Shown here in pieces: positions 61,665 through 64,000 of a stretch of DNA of 64,000 nt. The stretch comes from Spirochaetota bacterium (GTDB lineage Bacteria; Spirochaetota; UBA6919; CBDBPB01), in the NCBI GenBank assembly GCA_965208615.1, contig CBDBPB010000001.1:64001-128000 (forward strand), given 5' to 3'. Each line of letters opens with the position of its first letter. The stretch's first letter is position 1. Both the position numbers and the translations under genes were made by a program. The notes beneath the pieces are model-generated. The model ran no database searches. It was not told the origin of the DNA and saw only the letters and a list, made by a program, of their open reading frames with translations.

Positions 61665-62960
61665 TTACTCCAAATAATCTCTAGGATCAGCTATATAACC
61701 GGATAGAGCAGAAGCGGCTACAGTCAACGGTGAGGCTAAATATACCTCTGACTCCTTAGACCCCATTCTACCAGGAAAGTTCCTATTTGTAGTAGAGATA
61801 CAAGTACTAGGCTCATTTAACCTGCCATAAGTGTCAATAGGTCCTCCTAAACAGGCAGAACAACCAGGATTACCAATTTTTTGTACCCCAGCATCCATAA
61901 AGATATTCCATAAGCTCTTACCATCAATAGTATTGGTCTTTAAGGCGTTATAAACGTCAGTGGTAGCAGGTATAATGAAAGTCTTAACTTTTAACTCCTT
62001 ATCCTTTAATAAACGTGCAGCAGCCTTAAAGTCAGTCAGCTTACCCCCTGTGCAGGAACCTATATAAGCCTGATCAACCTTAACAGATTTTAACTTTCTA
62101 GCTAAAGCACGATTATCAGGCGAGTGAGGTTTAGCAACTACAGGCTCAATATCAGCAGACTTATAAACCCTAACTGAATGAAAGTTAGCATCATCATCAT
62201 TAAGCATAACCTCAAAAGACTTGTCAGTAACACTTTTAACAAAGTCTATAGTCTTATCATCAGGCTCAATAATCCCATTCTTACCCCCAGCCTCAATAGC
62301 CATATTACACAAAGTCATACGCTCATCCACATTAAGGGAGTATACCCCCTCACCAGCAAACTCCATACACCTATAATTAGCCCCATCAACACCAATATCC
62401 CCAATTATATTTAGGATTAAGTCTTTAGCCATTAAATAATTAGGTAAATCGCCCTCAAATATAAACCGCATTGTTTGAGGCACCCTAAGCCATAATTTAC
62501 CAGATCCCATAACAAATCCAGCTTCTGTATTACCAATACCAGTGGCAAACTCACCAAATGCCCCAGCTGTACATGTATGAGAATCAGTACCAAACATTAC
62601 CTCACCAGGACGACAATGTCCCCTTTGCGCAAGAGCAACATGACATACCCCTTGATAATCAGGACTATTAACATCATAAAAATACCTAAGACCCTGTTCC
62701 TTAGCAAATGTCCTTAGTATATCCACATTACGATGGCACTTTTTATCGTCAGTAAAAATATAATGATCCGGTATTATAACTAGCTTATCTCTATCCCAAA
62801 CTTTAGAGTCTTCACCAAAATGCTCCTTGAATACACCAATAGTCCCAGGCCCGCATACGTCATGAGTCATAAGAACATCAACATTAACCCATACATTATC
62901 CCCAGGTATAACCTTAGTCCTGAACGACTTCTTAGCCAATATCTTCTCTGTTATAGTCAT
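61665..62960 (-). CDS. leuC: 3-isopropylmalate dehydratase large subunit (aconitase family)
   Basis: MTITEKIL, DHY, GVCH, DSHTCTAGA, IGSCTGG, CSACLG, TNRNFPGRMG. Confidence 0.92.
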   Translation of the reverse strand: MTITEKILAKKSFRTKVIPGDNVWVNVDVLMTHDVCGPGTIGVFKEHFGEDSKVWDRDKLVIIPDHYIFTDDKKCHRNVDILRTFAKEQGLRYFYDVNSPDYQGVCHVALAQRGHCRPGEVMFGTDSHTCTAGAFGEFATGIGNTEAGFVMGSGKLWLRVPQTMRFIFEGDLPNYLMAKDLILNIIGDIGVDGANYRCMEFAGEGVYSLNVDERMTLCNMAIEAGGKNGIIEPDDKTIDFVKSVTDKSFEVMLNDDDANFHSVRVYKSADIEPVVAKPHSPDNRALARKLKSVKVDQAYIGSCTGGKLTDFKAAARLLKDKELKVKTFIIPATTDVYNALKTNTIDGKSLWNIFMDAGVQKIGNPGCSACLGGPIDTYGRLNEPSTCISTTNRNFPGRMGSKESEVYLASPLTVAASALSGYIADPRDYLE

Positions 62961-63405
62961 AACTATTTTATCCTATTAAAATATAGAATAAAATATAGTA
63001 AGATTTTTTATAAAATCAAGAATCACTAAAATTAAATATTTTGATAAGTATAAAAGCCTGTTAAGCTCTAATGTCATTTATTTAATGTAATATGCATTTT
63101 TATTAGTGCGTAATAAGTAACTTATTATTATAATCTAAGATAGCTTAATCATCATTCTCATTTATAAAAAATGTTGACCCAAGTAAATATATAACTTATT
63201 ATTTAAGACATAATATTAAGTATTTTTTTATTGTATAAAGAATGGCGAATCTTACTAACAAAATTATACTATCTTATAAACCAACAAATAAGGAAGACTT
63301 TAACATAGATATAAAATTAATGGCTTAAGTGTTTACTAATATTAGATGACTAAATCAAATATTAAATGACAAATAAATAGTGTTATATGTCTTGGTGGAG
63401 GCTTT

Positions 63406-63999
63406 ATGGACTCTTATAATAATAACATACAAAAAGGATTTCAATTTATTAAATCTAATAATTATGAAGAAGCAGTAAAATGTTATACTAAAGCTATTAA
63501 TGAAAAAGGTAATGACTCTCTTCTATTCCAGATGAGGGGTAACGCTTATTATGAGTGGAAGAAATATAAAAAAGCCATAAATGACTTTACTAAAGCTATA
63601 GGTCTCTCTTCAAAGGACTATTTAATATACTTCCACAGAGGTATGACCTATGATAAATGTGGAATGAAAAATGAAGCAATAGTTGACTTCAACCAAGTTT
63701 TACACCTAAACCCAGACTTCGAAGAGGTATATAAACATAGGGGTATAGCATTCTATAACAAAGAAGAAAACGAAAATGCCGTTAATGACTTTAGTAAATA
63801 TATTTCAAAGGTTCCCAATGACTCAATGGTATATCATTATAGAGGTTTGGCATATTATCGTCTTAAAAATCCCAAAGCTATAAACGATCTAAAACAATTC
63901 CTAACATATTGGGAATCTGGACAAATAACAATATCCCCAAAAAAAGAAAAAGATATTAAAAAAAAGATTAAAGAATGCGAAGAGAAATTTAATACTTAA
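63406..63999 (+). CDS. Tetratricopeptide repeat protein
   Basis: Four to five RG..Y.......A..DF..AI units; GGAGG RBS. Confidence 0.88.
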   Translation: MDSYNNNIQKGFQFIKSNNYEEAVKCYTKAINEKGNDSLLFQMRGNAYYEWKKYKKAINDFTKAIGLSSKDYLIYFHRGMTYDKCGMKNEAIVDFNQVLHLNPDFEEVYKHRGIAFYNKEENENAVNDFSKYISKVPNDSMVYHYRGLAYYRLKNPKAINDLKQFLTYWESGQITISPKKEKDIKKKIKECEEKFNT

Positions 64000-64000
64000 G

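Overview
AT-rich bacterial chromosome segment, probably from a spirochaete-like lineage (inferred from the DUF1577/PilZ-type gene, the SecD N-terminus and the lipoprotein style; not proven). Housekeeping genes (thrS-infC-rpmI-rplT, yajC-secD-secF, ligA, hup, accB, mtnA, leuCD, a purH transformylase half, thiC) are mixed with secreted repeat proteins (WD40, two ankyrin, Pmp-like beta-helix, CAP) and a TPR protein. The window also holds a ThaI-like restriction-modification pair, a frameshifted methyltransferase-Mrr fusion, an ArsRS/RacRS-like two-component pair and a convergent peptide-ABC cluster with a duplicated GT-C glycosyltransferase whose second copy is a pseudogene. I recognised no rRNA, tRNA, CRISPR array or transposase. 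The best leads are: (1) two overlapping genes that each fuse ComEA-type helix-hairpin-helix DNA-binding modules to a predicted outer-membrane beta-barrel; (2) a class II aldolase with a microcompartment encapsulation-like tail; (3) DARPin-like ankyrin arrays, one bracketed by a direct repeat; (4) a degenerate SMC/ABC-like protein; (5) local GC-skew reversals. All family assignments come from motif recognition by eye; no searches were run.
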